From assembly GCA_963691875.1 (NCBI GenBank), contig OY829846.1:2976001-3040000 (forward strand): a DNA stretch of 64,000 nt. Direction: 5' to 3'. A program made the translations under genes and the position numbers. Below are positions 1 through 9,968 of this stretch, piece after piece (position 1 is the first letter of the stretch; each line of letters starts with the position of its first letter). The DNA comes from Aureliella sp. (lineage in GTDB: Bacteria; Planctomycetota; Planctomycetia; Pirellulales; Pirellulaceae). Below the pieces are notes generated by a model that was not told the origin of the DNA, searched no databases, and saw only the letters and a program-made list of their open reading frames with translations.

Positions 1-1229
1 TCTTGGTTACCGGCCATGCCACCGTCACGAAGGCCGTCGAAGCAATGCAGGAAGGTGCTTTCAACTTCCTCGAAAAGCCTATCACTCCTAGCCGTCTGCG
101 AGCGGTCACGGGCAAAGCCGTCGAAGCAGTCAATCTGAAGCAAACCAACACCGAGCTACGGGCACGGCTCGACGAAAAATTTGGCTTCGAAGGCATCATC
201 TACGCCAGCCCGAAGATGCAGGAAGTCATCGATAGACTGAAACGCATCGCGCCAACGGACGCGACCGTGTTGATCACGGGCGAAAGCGGTACTGGCAAAG
301 AGATGATTGCTCAGGCAATTCACCAAAACAGCCCGCGAAAAAGCAAGCGAATGAAAGCCCTCAACACGCGGGCTGTATCGGAGACATTGGTTGAAAGCGA
401 GCTATTCGGTCACGTCAAAGGTGCCTTTACCGATGCGGCCAGCGATCGAATGGGTGCTTTCGAGTACGCCGACGGAGGCACTCTGTTCCTCGACGAAGTC
501 GGCGACATGCCGATGAGTACGCAAATCAAGCTGCTCCGAGTGCTCGAAGAACATCGCATCACACGCGTCGGCGACAACAAGTCGCTCAAGGTTAACTGCC
601 GACTGCTTAGCGCCACCAATCGACCACTGGAAGCAATGGTCGAGGAAGGCTCCTTCAGGAATGATCTCTACTTCCGTCTGAACATAGTCACAGTGCAATT
701 ACCTGCTCTGCGCGAACGCCCGGAAGACGTTGTGCCTCTGATGGACCACTTCCGCAAGATGTTCATCAAGCGTCACGGCAAGCCACAGTGTAGTTTCGCG
801 CCAGCGGTGACCAAACGTTTCTATAGCTACGAGTGGCCAGGCAACATCCGACAACTCCGTAACTTTGTCGAAACCATGGTGGTGCTCGATACCGACGGCA
901 CGTTAGACCTCGATGACCTACCACCTGAACTTGCTCTAGAAAGCGATGTTGGAAGCGGAGACACAGGTTCTGCAGAGAATTCCACAGTCACTCTGCCTAG
1001 CTCCGGAGATTCGAGTTTGCTTGGCCGGAGTATGGCCGAGATCGAACGCTGGGCTATTGAAGAAACCCTGAAGATGACAGCTGGCAATCGCGAAGAAGCC
1101 GCGAAAATCCTCAGCATCGGCTCACGAACGCTGTACCGCAAGCTGGATAAGTACAGGCAAGACGATGGCGATGAAGCGGCGGATGCACCCGAGGGATCCG
1201 CCACGGATTTAGCTGAGCCCTCCGAGTAA
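1..1229 (+). CDS. Sigma54-dependent NtrC-family response regulator (receiver-AAA+-HTH), 5' truncated by the window edge
   Basis: End of a receiver domain (VTGHA...AMQEGAFNFLEKP), Walker A GESGTGKE, GAFTDA loop, Walker B FLDEVG, WPGNIRQL and a C-terminal Fis-type HTH (GNREEAAKILSIGSRTLYRKL). Confidence 0.93.
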   Translation, partial: LVTGHATVTKAVEAMQEGAFNFLEKPITPSRLRAVTGKAVEAVNLKQTNTELRARLDEKFGFEGIIYASPKMQEVIDRLKRIAPTDATVLITGESGTGKEMIAQAIHQNSPRKSKRMKALNTRAVSETLVESELFGHVKGAFTDAASDRMGAFEYADGGTLFLDEVGDMPMSTQIKLLRVLEEHRITRVGDNKSLKVNCRLLSATNRPLEAMVEEGSFRNDLYFRLNIVTVQLPALRERPEDVVPLMDHFRKMFIKRHGKPQCSFAPAVTKRFYSYEWPGNIRQLRNFVETMVVLDTDGTLDLDDLPPELALESDVGSGDTGSAENSTVTLPSSGDSSLLGRSMAEIERWAIEETLKMTAGNREEAAKILSIGSRTLYRKLDKYRQDDGDEAADAPEGSATDLAEPSE

Positions 1230-1339
1230 TCGCCACCAACCCAGTAGCTGAGAAACGAAGTCAAGCTCCTTTGCTCGTGCGGAGAAGGCCACGAGCAGAT
1301 TGCCCCAAGATTTGATCCCCGAAGAGTACGGAAGCATTC

Positions 1340-3283
1340 ATGCCAACCATTCGCCAACTACCACCCAGCTTGGTCAATAAGATCGCAGCGGGCGAAGTCA
1401 TCGAGCGACCTGCGAGCGTCGTAAAGGAGTTGCTCGAGAATGCCATCGACGCGGGTGCCACCAGTATCGAGCTGGCGATTGAAGGTGGTGGCATCGATTT
1501 GCTACGCATCAGCGACAACGGCTGTGGAATCAATCCCGAACAAATCCCTCTCGCACTTGCCAGTCACGCAACCAGCAAGCTTGAGTCGGCAGATGATCTA
1601 TTCGATGTTCACACGCTTGGATTTCGCGGCGAAGCCTTAGCCTCGATAGCCGAAATTAGCCACTTGCTGATGCGGACCCGGACATCTGGCTCAGACTCAG
1701 GTTCTGAAGTTACGGTGCGGGGAGGCGAGGCCAGCGAGATCTATCCAACGGGTTGCCCTGTTGGTACCACATTCGAAATCCGTCATCTGTTTTTCAATAC
1801 TCCGGTGCGCAAGAAGTTCTTGAAGACACCGCAAACCGAAGCCAGTCACATCACTGAAGCTTTCACTCGGATCGCGTTGGCGTTTCCTCGAGTGAAAATG
1901 ATGATGACCAATGGCAAGCGAACGGTATTTGACTTGCCGGCCACTGATTCCTGGAAAGAACGTATTAGGGCATTCTTCGGCGACGAGATCGCGGATTCCT
2001 TGATCGCGGTTGAGAGCGAATCGGACCAAGCGAAATTGGTTGGCTATGTGGCCGATCCATCGGTCAGTCGCAGCAATAACCGCATGCAGTATCTGTTTTT
2101 GAACGGACGACACATCAAGGACCGCAGCTTGCAGCATGCATTAGGCGAAGCCTATCGTGGCTTGCTGATGGTCGGACGTTTTCCGGTTTGTTTCCTGCGT
2201 CTGACTTTGCCCCCTTCGATGGTGGACGTCAATGTGCACCCGACCAAGATGGAAGTGCGATTCCAGGAAAGTGGCAAGCTCTACAGCCAAATGCTGCGGA
2301 CGCTGCGTCACGAATTCTTGACTAGTGATTTGACGGCGCGAGCTCGTCATGTGCCCGGACCGGCGCCGGCAGGGCTACGTGAAGAGTCCAAGCAAGCTAC
2401 GGAACCAGCGACTTCGTCCATGAGATACGAGGACCGTTGGTCCGATCATTCGAATCGTATGACTCAAGTCACGCCAACACTGAATCTGACTCAAACCACG
2501 CCCGAGTTTAAGCCTTTCCCGACCGATCGCAGTTTGGCAAGCAGCTCCGCTGGTGGTGCTGCGACCGATATCAACCCATCACTTGCGCCGCTGCCCGATA
2601 GTCCTATTCCAGCTCCGAGCCAGGAATTGCCTTCGTCATCTGGCGATGAAGACCAAATCCAACGCTGGGACGCAGCCCGTACCGTAGAAGCGAAAGTTCC
2701 AGCCCCAGCGCACAGCCACCTTGGTTTTCAGGTGCACCAACGTTACTTGGTGACACAAGATGAGTCGGGTATGGTCGTGATTGACCAGCACGCTTTGCAC
2801 GAACGAATTCTTTACGAGCAACTGCGTGAGAAGTCGGAAGCCAAGACGATGGAAAAGCAACAGCTGCTAGTCCCAGAACCTTTGGACCTGACAGCGCAAG
2901 AAGCTGCTGCAGCACTCGAGCATAAAGAATTACTGTCAGAGATCGGAATCGAGATTGAGCCCTTTGGGGGCGACACCGTACTAATGACGGCATATCCAGC
3001 GCTGCTCGCCAAGCTACGACCTGCCGAAGTAATGCGACAAGTGCTCGAGCCGCTGATGGCCGGTGGCAAAGAACCTAGTTCGCGTGACGTGCTGGACGAA
3101 TTGTTGCACATGTTCGCTTGCAAGGCTGCGATCAAGGCGGGTGACAAGCTAGCTGAAGAAGAGATCACTGCTTTGCTGGAGCAACGCGATCATTACCAGG
3201 ACACGCATCACTGCCCTCACGGCCGTCCCACTGCTTTGTTCTTCAGTCGTGAACAACTCGACAAGATGTTCGGCCGCACCTAA
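1340..3283 (+). CDS. mutL: DNA mismatch repair endonuclease MutL
   Basis: N-terminal IAAGEVIERPASVVKELLENAIDAGA and GFRGEALASI GHKL motifs; C-terminal DQHALHERILYE and CPHGRP endonuclease motifs. Confidence 0.97.
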   Translation: MPTIRQLPPSLVNKIAAGEVIERPASVVKELLENAIDAGATSIELAIEGGGIDLLRISDNGCGINPEQIPLALASHATSKLESADDLFDVHTLGFRGEALASIAEISHLLMRTRTSGSDSGSEVTVRGGEASEIYPTGCPVGTTFEIRHLFFNTPVRKKFLKTPQTEASHITEAFTRIALAFPRVKMMMTNGKRTVFDLPATDSWKERIRAFFGDEIADSLIAVESESDQAKLVGYVADPSVSRSNNRMQYLFLNGRHIKDRSLQHALGEAYRGLLMVGRFPVCFLRLTLPPSMVDVNVHPTKMEVRFQESGKLYSQMLRTLRHEFLTSDLTARARHVPGPAPAGLREESKQATEPATSSMRYEDRWSDHSNRMTQVTPTLNLTQTTPEFKPFPTDRSLASSSAGGAATDINPSLAPLPDSPIPAPSQELPSSSGDEDQIQRWDAARTVEAKVPAPAHSHLGFQVHQRYLVTQDESGMVVIDQHALHERILYEQLREKSEAKTMEKQQLLVPEPLDLTAQEAAAALEHKELLSEIGIEIEPFGGDTVLMTAYPALLAKLRPAEVMRQVLEPLMAGGKEPSSRDVLDELLHMFACKAAIKAGDKLAEEEITALLEQRDHYQDTHHCPHGRPTALFFSREQLDKMFGRT

Positions 3284-3302
3284 GTCATGCCCAATAATCC
3301 CC

Positions 3303-3448
3303 GTATTGGGATTCGCCAGAATTCCTCCTCTCCACCTCCGAGGATTTTTAACCTAGTGGGATTCAGCGGAACCCCACACGCCCGACCACTCGCCAGGAAT
3401 ACGTCTGCCAGAAATCCCAGGAATAGGATTTCTGTCGAAATCCACTAC
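3303..3448. repeat. Cluster of degenerate REP-like palindromic units (GTAGTGGATTTCGxCAGAAATCC type)
   Basis: GTATTGGGATTCGCCAGAATTCC at ~3303 and the inverted copy GGATTTCTGTCGAAATCCACTAC at 3426-3448, with partial copies between, in the gap between convergent genes. Confidence 0.7.
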
Positions 3449-3515
3449 AAGGCTTGACGCTCGATGAACCTCGAGCGCCAAGATGCAACTAGCAGTTCAA
3501 CCGTAAGACCAGGGC

Positions 3516-5729
3516 TTACTTCGACGGAAACAATCGCTCACGAAGATAAGAATAAGCCAGCGACTGCATATAAGCCCGCTGCTTATTGTTCGCCGCTCCA
3601 CCGTGACCGCCTTCGATGTTCTCGTAGTAAGTCACGTCGTGGCCTTGTGCCTTCATCAGAGCCATCATCTTCCGAGCATGACCGGGATGCACTCGGTCAT
3701 CTCGAGTGGAAGTCGTGAACAACACTGCAGGGTACTTGGTCGATTTCTCGATGTTTTGATATGGCGAATAACTCTTGATGAAGCTCCATTCGCCAGGCGA
3801 GTCGGGATCTCCATACTCGGCCATCCAACTTGCACCAGCCAGGAGCAGGTGATAGCGTCGCATGTCGAGCAATGGCACTTGGCAGACGGCTGCTGCAAAC
3901 AAGTCGGGATAAATCGCGACCATGTTGCCAACAAGCAAACCACCGTTGGAGCCGCCTTGGATTCCTAGCCGCTTCTTGCTGGTAACTTTTCGCTCCATCA
4001 AATCCTTGGCAACCGCCGCGAAATCTTCGTAGGCACGCAGGCGATTTTCCTTCAATGCAGCTTGGTGCCAACGTGGGCCGTATTCACCGCCGCCACGGAT
4101 ATTGGCGACCACGTAAACGCCGCCTTGGCTGGTCCACGCCCGGCCAACACTTGCGCTGTAACCGGGCGTAAGCGAGATCTCAAATCCACCGTAGCCATAG
4201 AGAAGAGTCGGATTGTCACTGTCGAGCTCGATGTCCTCTTTGGCGACCATGAAATAAGGCACTTTGGTGCCGTCTTTGCTCGTCGCAAAATGCTGGGTTA
4301 CCGCTAAGCCCTCGGCATCATAAAGCGGCGTCAGCTGTTTCAATTGCTCTGGCTCGCCACCAATCTCACCATAGTAAAGAGTCGTCGGGTTCAAGTAATC
4401 GCTAGAAGTCATCCAGTATGCATTCGATTCGTCTGGATCCACCGGTCGAACGCTCACGGTACCAATCTTCGGAGCTCCTTTCAGCGTTTCTTTCTTCCAG
4501 CCATCGCCTTCGGCCGTCAGAACATAAATACGATTCTTCACGTCCTCCAGCACGTTCAAGATCAAGTGATCCTTCGTGGCCGAGAAGCTAGCGAGCGACG
4601 AATTCTCTGTGGGCTCAAATGCAACATCCAGCTCGCGTTTGCCAGCCATGTAGTCATCGAAATTGGCGACCAGCAAAGAGCCCGCTTTGTAGTCTTTGCC
4701 TTCAACGCTCCAAGGCTCACGAAGTTCCAGCAACAGGTAATCGTGAAAAACTCCTTTGTTCGCGCTGTTAGGAGCTTCGATCTGCGTTAGCTTGCCATCG
4801 TCGGAACGAAGGTACAACTCGTCGTTATAAAAGGCTAGAGTTCGACTCACGAAGTTACGCTCGTATCCCGGCGAATCATCGTGCGAAGCAGAGATGTACA
4901 TATCCTCTGGCTTGCCTTCATACACGACTTCAGCCTCACTCAGTGGCGTACCTCTTTTCCAGAGTTTGACGATACGCGGGTAGCCGGAGCTTGTTTGCGA
5001 ACCTTCACCAAAGTCAGTGAAGACAAAAACGCTATTGCGATCCACCCAGCCAATTCCGCCCTTTGCCTCAGGACGTTCGAAGCCTCCTTTGACGAAAGCC
5101 TTAGTCTTCATGTCAAACTCGCGTGTTACCGATGCGTCCGCACCGCCACGTGAAAGATCGACGAGCGCCAGGTCGTAGTCTGGCCGCAGAATGCTTGCAC
5201 CATCCCAAACCCAATTCTCGCCTTCTTCTTCGGCCAGCTTGTCGAGGTCGAGAATCACTTCCCATTCAGGCTCTTCCTTGCGGTACTCATCCAGAGTTGT
5301 TCTCCGCCACAGCCCGCGAACGTTGTTCTTGTCTCGCCAAAAGTTGTAGTAGTAATCGCCAGACTTAGAGATAAACGGAATGCGCTCATCAGAATCCAAA
5401 ATCTTCAATAAGTCTGCCTGCAATTCTTGGAACGCTTGGTTAACTTCGAAATGCTCCTGAGTCACTTTATTCTGAGCACGAACCCAATTCAATGCTTTCT
5501 CACCTGTGACGTCCTCCAACCACAGATAAGGATCTTCCTCAGCCGTCACATCGGAGTTCTTACGAGGTTCTTCGGTTTGGACGGCGGCAGACAACTTGCG
5601 ATTTCCTTCTTGGGCCATAACGGAAGATGTCGCGGTAGAATAAATGACAAAGAATGCCAAAGCTATCGCAAGCGGTGAGCAAATAGCGGCATAATTCTTG
5701 ACGCGCGACTCATACAATTCAAGGTGCAC
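3516..5729 (-). CDS. Prolyl oligopeptidase (S9A serine peptidase), probably exported
   Basis: DPYLWLE N-terminal motif, YGYGGF, NIRGGGEYG, nucleophile GGSNGG, DDRV and GGHG. Start placed at GTG 5729, which follows an AGGAG Shine-Dalgarno sequence. Confidence 0.93.
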   Translation of the reverse strand: MHLELYESRVKNYAAICSPLAIALAFFVIYSTATSSVMAQEGNRKLSAAVQTEEPRKNSDVTAEEDPYLWLEDVTGEKALNWVRAQNKVTQEHFEVNQAFQELQADLLKILDSDERIPFISKSGDYYYNFWRDKNNVRGLWRRTTLDEYRKEEPEWEVILDLDKLAEEEGENWVWDGASILRPDYDLALVDLSRGGADASVTREFDMKTKAFVKGGFERPEAKGGIGWVDRNSVFVFTDFGEGSQTSSGYPRIVKLWKRGTPLSEAEVVYEGKPEDMYISASHDDSPGYERNFVSRTLAFYNDELYLRSDDGKLTQIEAPNSANKGVFHDYLLLELREPWSVEGKDYKAGSLLVANFDDYMAGKRELDVAFEPTENSSLASFSATKDHLILNVLEDVKNRIYVLTAEGDGWKKETLKGAPKIGTVSVRPVDPDESNAYWMTSSDYLNPTTLYYGEIGGEPEQLKQLTPLYDAEGLAVTQHFATSKDGTKVPYFMVAKEDIELDSDNPTLLYGYGGFEISLTPGYSASVGRAWTSQGGVYVVANIRGGGEYGPRWHQAALKENRLRAYEDFAAVAKDLMERKVTSKKRLGIQGGSNGGLLVGNMVAIYPDLFAAAVCQVPLLDMRRYHLLLAGASWMAEYGDPDSPGEWSFIKSYSPYQNIEKSTKYPAVLFTTSTRDDRVHPGHARKMMALMKAQGHDVTYYENIEGGHGGAANNKQRAYMQSLAYSYLRERLFPSK

Positions 5730-5914
5730 TTTAATGTCTCCTATGCAGGGAATACAGACGTGGTAGGTCGAATGCCTGCAGTTCCGCCACCAAGGAGACA
5801 CGCATCCCACGCAGATATTCGACACTTCCCAGTTTCACACAAGAGCGTAGACGCGAACAGTAGTCGTTCTTGAGCGAGTTGGAGAAACTCCAGAAACGAC
5901 TGTCTTGAGAACCG

Positions 5915-6388
5915 GTGAGTGACTCTCCCTACGAACCAGCTAACTTGGAATCGGACTTAGATTCCGGGGACACACCATCCTCAGCACTAGTACTCGTGCT
6001 GTGGGCTCTTACGTCTGTTAACGTTCTCCTGGCGGCACTTGTGCTCTTCCTAGAACCATATGTGGAGTCTTTCCTAGCGAACAAACTCCCTGGGCCTTAC
6101 ATGCCGGACGCCTTTAAAAACTTGAATCAGAACATGCCCTTGATGATGATCCTCGTCGCGACAAGCTCAGCGCCGGCATCCTGAAACGTAATGCAGCGCC
6201 GGTACAAGATGCTAGTGCCACTCTTAGTTGAGCCAGGGATGTGTTTCATTGGCGGGTGCGTGACTGAGAACTGGGGCGATCCGAGCGGGTTTCATTTAGT
6301 TGCTCTGACATCCCTTGGCATGCTAATCTCCCGTGCTATCACGGCGGTGTTGATGAGCAGCCAGAATTCACGTCGTCATAACAAATGA
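5915..6388 (+). pseudogene. Small membrane protein interrupted by one in-frame TGA (6182-6184); possible decayed gene cassette
   Basis: Track ORFs 5915..6184 and 6191..6388 share a frame and are separated only by TGA-AAC-GTA. The joined ORF has hydrophobic segments, an N-terminal SPYEP motif and ends in CATAACAAATGA. Confidence 0.6.
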
Positions 6389-6489
6389 CTGAATACACTG
6401 TTCCGCCAATGGATCATCCTAACGCTTAGCACGGGCGGAAAAGCCATCCCGGCGCGAGAGAGTCCAGTATATCTCTCCGAATTTTCGCT

Positions 6490-7356
6490 TTGAGAGCTGC
6501 CATCTTCTCTTTGCCTCTCGCTTTCCTGGTTTTCGACTGTGGACGAAAGGCACCCGAACTACCTGAACTCGGGAAGCCCTCGCCGGTCATCGACATTCAC
6601 GGGCCACCGGCAGAGCCGGAAGAAACTGATATGCTTAGAGAAAATCCACTGTTGCGAGCAGTTGTTGAATTCGAAATGTGGGAATTGGGCTCGCCAGAAG
6701 AACTCCGACTTCGCGTCATCGTGAAACGCCCAGCGATGGAGGTGGATCGCAAGTATTGGACTAGCAATTTAGCTTACGCCGATCTCGGCTGGATGGAGAG
6801 TGCCCGAGTTTGGGATAGGGCCGAACAGTGGCTGTGACCCAATCTCCCCTCCCTCGCAAATCGCCACGGCAAGGAACGCGTAGAGCGCTATGGCGGAGTA
6901 GATCCTGGGAAAGGCATCGATAACGACTTTGGAGCGATGCTTATTCAACAGTACGATCTGGCAGGTAGAGTGGAACTGCCTCACTCAAAGCAAACTCCAC
7001 AGGTGTCTGCCAGTGGGCATCCGCATGAAGCCGAGTCCATCGATGAACGATCGATTATGCATCAGGCTGCAACCGATCACTTTTCAGTACCTCTGGGCAA
7101 GCAGCGCTCAGGCGGCAAAATACAGTTATGGCTTGTCTACCCAGATGTCCTTGGCTCGCGAGTACGCGCGCGTCCGCCCAAAGCACCAGAGTGGGCTGGC
7201 GGCATCCTGGCTTATTGCGAAATCGAATGGCAAGACGCGGACAACGATAACTTACTCGGAAGCATCCCGCAGAAACGCCCCACAGCAAGCACGGGTTTCG
7301 ACTGGGAGACTTGGTCCACTACCGGGCGAGCCAAATCGAGACTTGCCGCAGACTAG
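6490..7356 (+). pseudogene. Putative lipoprotein interrupted by one in-frame TGA (6835-6837)
   Basis: Track ORFs 6490..6837 and 6937..7356 share a frame and the 33 codons between them are open. Signal-peptide-like N-terminus ending in Cys (LVFDC). Confidence 0.6.
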
Positions 7357-7606
7357 CAACACCCCCTCCACAGGTGGGTAATGGGAGGGTAGCGAATTTG
7401 CGCCAAGGAAAAATCGGAAATATCGTCTGTAGCGGGACAAGAGATTGCAACGGACATTTGCCGCATTAAGGCTTCCAGCTCGCCGTTAGCCCCCGTTTAA
7501 AGCCAGCAAGGGCGGGCAAACCGGTAAATCTTGCATGCTGTGGCCCCGGAGCTCCTCCCTAAGTAGCACTTGCTATTCAGAAATGAAGGGATAAATATTG
7601 GGCACC

Positions 7607-8299
7607 ATGAATACCGCCACAGCGACTGCCGCAATGCAGCAATTAAGGAGCGAAGAGGCAATTGTTTTGCCCAGCCTCCTGCTTTGCGACTTTGGCAATT
7701 TGGAACGCGAGCTCGAACGCCTGGAAAAAGCAGGCGTAAAAGCCCTTCATCTTGACGTGATGGACGGTCAGTTCGTTCCCAATTTGACATACGGCATGCC
7801 GATCGTGGAGGGAATTCGAAAGCGAACGAGCCTGCCGATCGATGTGCATCTGATGATCGCAGAGCCGAGCAAGTTTGTTTCGCAGTTCGTGGATGCTGGT
7901 GCCGATTGCATTACGATTCACGCTGAAGTGGAAGAGAACTACGTCGAGGTCCTCGACCAAATTCGTGAGCTTGGTGTCGGAGTAGGCTTAGCCATCAATC
8001 CCGACACCGCCTTGGAAGAAGTCGCCAAGGTGCTCCCGAATATCGACATGTTGCTCACCATGAGCGTCAATGCCGGGTTTGGAGGTCAGGCCTTCAATCC
8101 TGTGGTACTGGAAAAATTAAGTACAGCTCGAGCTCAGCATGAACATTTGCTGCTCGAAGTCGACGGAGGGATCAATCTCGAGACGATAGGCGGCTGCTTC
8201 CAAGCCGGAGCCAGTTTGTTTGTGGTCGGTTCGGCCATCTTCAAGCAGGAAGATTATCGAATCGCTGTCGAGAGATTACGTGAAGCCATTGGAAGGTAA
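7607..8299 (+). CDS. rpe: Ribulose-phosphate 3-epimerase
   Basis: HLDVMDGQFVPNLTYG, DVHLMI, MSVNAGFGGQ, EVDGGI and VVGSAIF motifs; exact start uncertain. Confidence 0.95.
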   Translation: MNTATATAAMQQLRSEEAIVLPSLLLCDFGNLERELERLEKAGVKALHLDVMDGQFVPNLTYGMPIVEGIRKRTSLPIDVHLMIAEPSKFVSQFVDAGADCITIHAEVEENYVEVLDQIRELGVGVGLAINPDTALEEVAKVLPNIDMLLTMSVNAGFGGQAFNPVVLEKLSTARAQHEHLLLEVDGGINLETIGGCFQAGASLFVVGSAIFKQEDYRIAVERLREAIGR

Positions 8300-8322
8300 T
8301 GGAACTAAACTCGTAGGGTGTA

Positions 8323-8913
8323 ATGATTGAGGTTCTTTTGATCCGTCCTGGATGTACGACTTTCGATGAGGAAGGTCGCATCAAGGGTTCTTTGGATATC
8401 CCGCTTAGCGAACTTGGCGTTCAACAAGCCGAAGCTTTGGCAGACAGCTTGAAGGAGATCAAGCTGGATTGCTTGTACGTCGCGCCGTCGGAATCTGCCC
8501 AGGCATCGGCCAAGCTCATTTGTGAATTCAACTTCTGCCGCAGCAAAACGCTCGACTGCTTGAGCAACTTGGACCACGGACTGTGGCAGGGCAAATTGGT
8601 ATCGGAAGTGAAACGCTTGCAGCCCAAGGTTTACCGCCAATTCCAAGAGAGTCCCGAGGACGTTTGTCCTCCGGAAGGCGAAACCATCGAACAAGCCGTC
8701 GAGCGAGTTGAGACCGCCATTCATAAGCTTATTCGCAAGCACGATGGCGGTCGTGTTGGTTTAGTAGTGCCACAACCCATGGCGTCGATCGTTCGATTCG
8801 TACTGTTGGGCGGAAGCCTTGGCGATCTTTGGAAGTGCGAGTTGGACTTTGGCAACTTTGAAACTTTGCATATCGAATCTGTTCCTTCTTCCTCTCTTTT
8901 CGCTCGCGTTTAA
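8323..8913 (+). CDS. Histidine phosphatase (phosphoglycerate mutase-like) fold protein with a degenerate active site
   Basis: LLIRPG..GSLDIPLSELGVQQA, DHGLWQG and PPEGET match the His-phosphatase pattern, but RHG is RPG and the second His motif is absent. Confidence 0.8.
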   Translation: MIEVLLIRPGCTTFDEEGRIKGSLDIPLSELGVQQAEALADSLKEIKLDCLYVAPSESAQASAKLICEFNFCRSKTLDCLSNLDHGLWQGKLVSEVKRLQPKVYRQFQESPEDVCPPEGETIEQAVERVETAIHKLIRKHDGGRVGLVVPQPMASIVRFVLLGGSLGDLWKCELDFGNFETLHIESVPSSSLFARV

Positions 8914-8986
8914 ACACACGACGTGAGCATGCATTCATTTTGGGCGAGTCGAAGCAATTTACCTCGCCAAGTTTTGAGGCAGCAAA

Positions 8987-9841
8987 ATGGCCACCGTCGA
9001 ATCGAATCTTACTAACTCTGCCGCCCAGACCACGCGGCTTTCCAAACGAGCTGTGCCAGACGGCCTATGGGTGAAATGCCCCGGATGCAAGGAAACGATC
9101 TACAAGAAAGAGGCGAAACAGCAAGAGAATGTATGCCCCAAATGTGGATATCACTTTTATGTGTCTGCCAGTGAACGGATCTCACAAGTCTTGGATGAGG
9201 GCACTTTTGAGGAGTGGGATGCGGACCTGCTCCCCACGGATCCACTCAAGTTTGCTGACAAGAAAAAATACGCTGATCGTCTGACCGATGAGCAAAAGCG
9301 AACGGGCTTAAGAGACGCAGCTCTAACAGGCTGTGGAATGATCCGAGCTAGACGAGTAGCCATCGGGGTTACAGATTCTGCCTTCATCATGGGCAGTATG
9401 GGATCGGTTGTGGGCGAGAAGCTGACGCGACTTGTTGAACGTGCCACCGAGCAAGACTTACCGTTGATTATCGTTAGTGGCTCCGGCGGTGGCGCCCGAA
9501 TGCACGAAGGCATTCTGTCTTTGATGCAGATGGCCAAAGTGTCTGCAGCACTCTCCAGGTACCATGAGTCGGGCGGACTCTATATCTCCGTCCTGACCAA
9601 TCCGACGATGGGTGGCGTCGCAGCCAGCTTTGCTTCTCTGGGTGATATCGTGATCGCCGAACCCAAGGCGTTGATCGGCTTTGCAGGGCCGCGTACGATC
9701 AAAGCTACCATCAAGATCGAGTTACCCGCTGGCTTCCAAACCAGCGAATTCTTGCTTGAGCATGGTTACGTCGACAGAATTGTCGAGAGATCTCGTTTAA
9801 AGAGTGAAATCGCCAGAGTCATCGACTACTGCGGAAAGTAA
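8987..9841 (+). CDS. accD: Acetyl-CoA carboxylase carboxyltransferase beta subunit
   Basis: GLWVKCPGC...CPKC zinc finger, [26 protein letters not shown] and ALIGFAGPR. Confidence 0.97.
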   Translation: MATVESNLTNSAAQTTRLSKRAVPDGLWVKCPGCKETIYKKEAKQQENVCPKCGYHFYVSASERISQVLDEGTFEEWDADLLPTDPLKFADKKKYADRLTDEQKRTGLRDAALTGCGMIRARRVAIGVTDSAFIMGSMGSVVGEKLTRLVERATEQDLPLIIVSGSGGGARMHEGILSLMQMAKVSAALSRYHESGGLYISVLTNPTMGGVAASFASLGDIVIAEPKALIGFAGPRTIKATIKIELPAGFQTSEFLLEHGYVDRIVERSRLKSEIARVIDYCGK

Positions 9842-9866
9842 ACTAGATTGCGATGGGCACCTTTTT

Positions 9867-9935
9867 GCGGCAGGGCGCTAGCCGCCGGTGCTGTTAGTGA
9901 TCGACTGCGGGAACCGACGGCTAGCGCCCTGTCGC
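9867..9935. repeat. REP-like inverted repeat (23-bp arms)
   Basis: GCGGCAGGGCGCTAGCCGCCGGT (9867-9889) and ACCGACGGCTAGCGCCCTGTCGC (9913-9935), complementary with two mismatches. Confidence 0.85.
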
Positions 9936-9968
9936 TCACGATGAAACTCAAGCACAGAGCCTAGTGGC

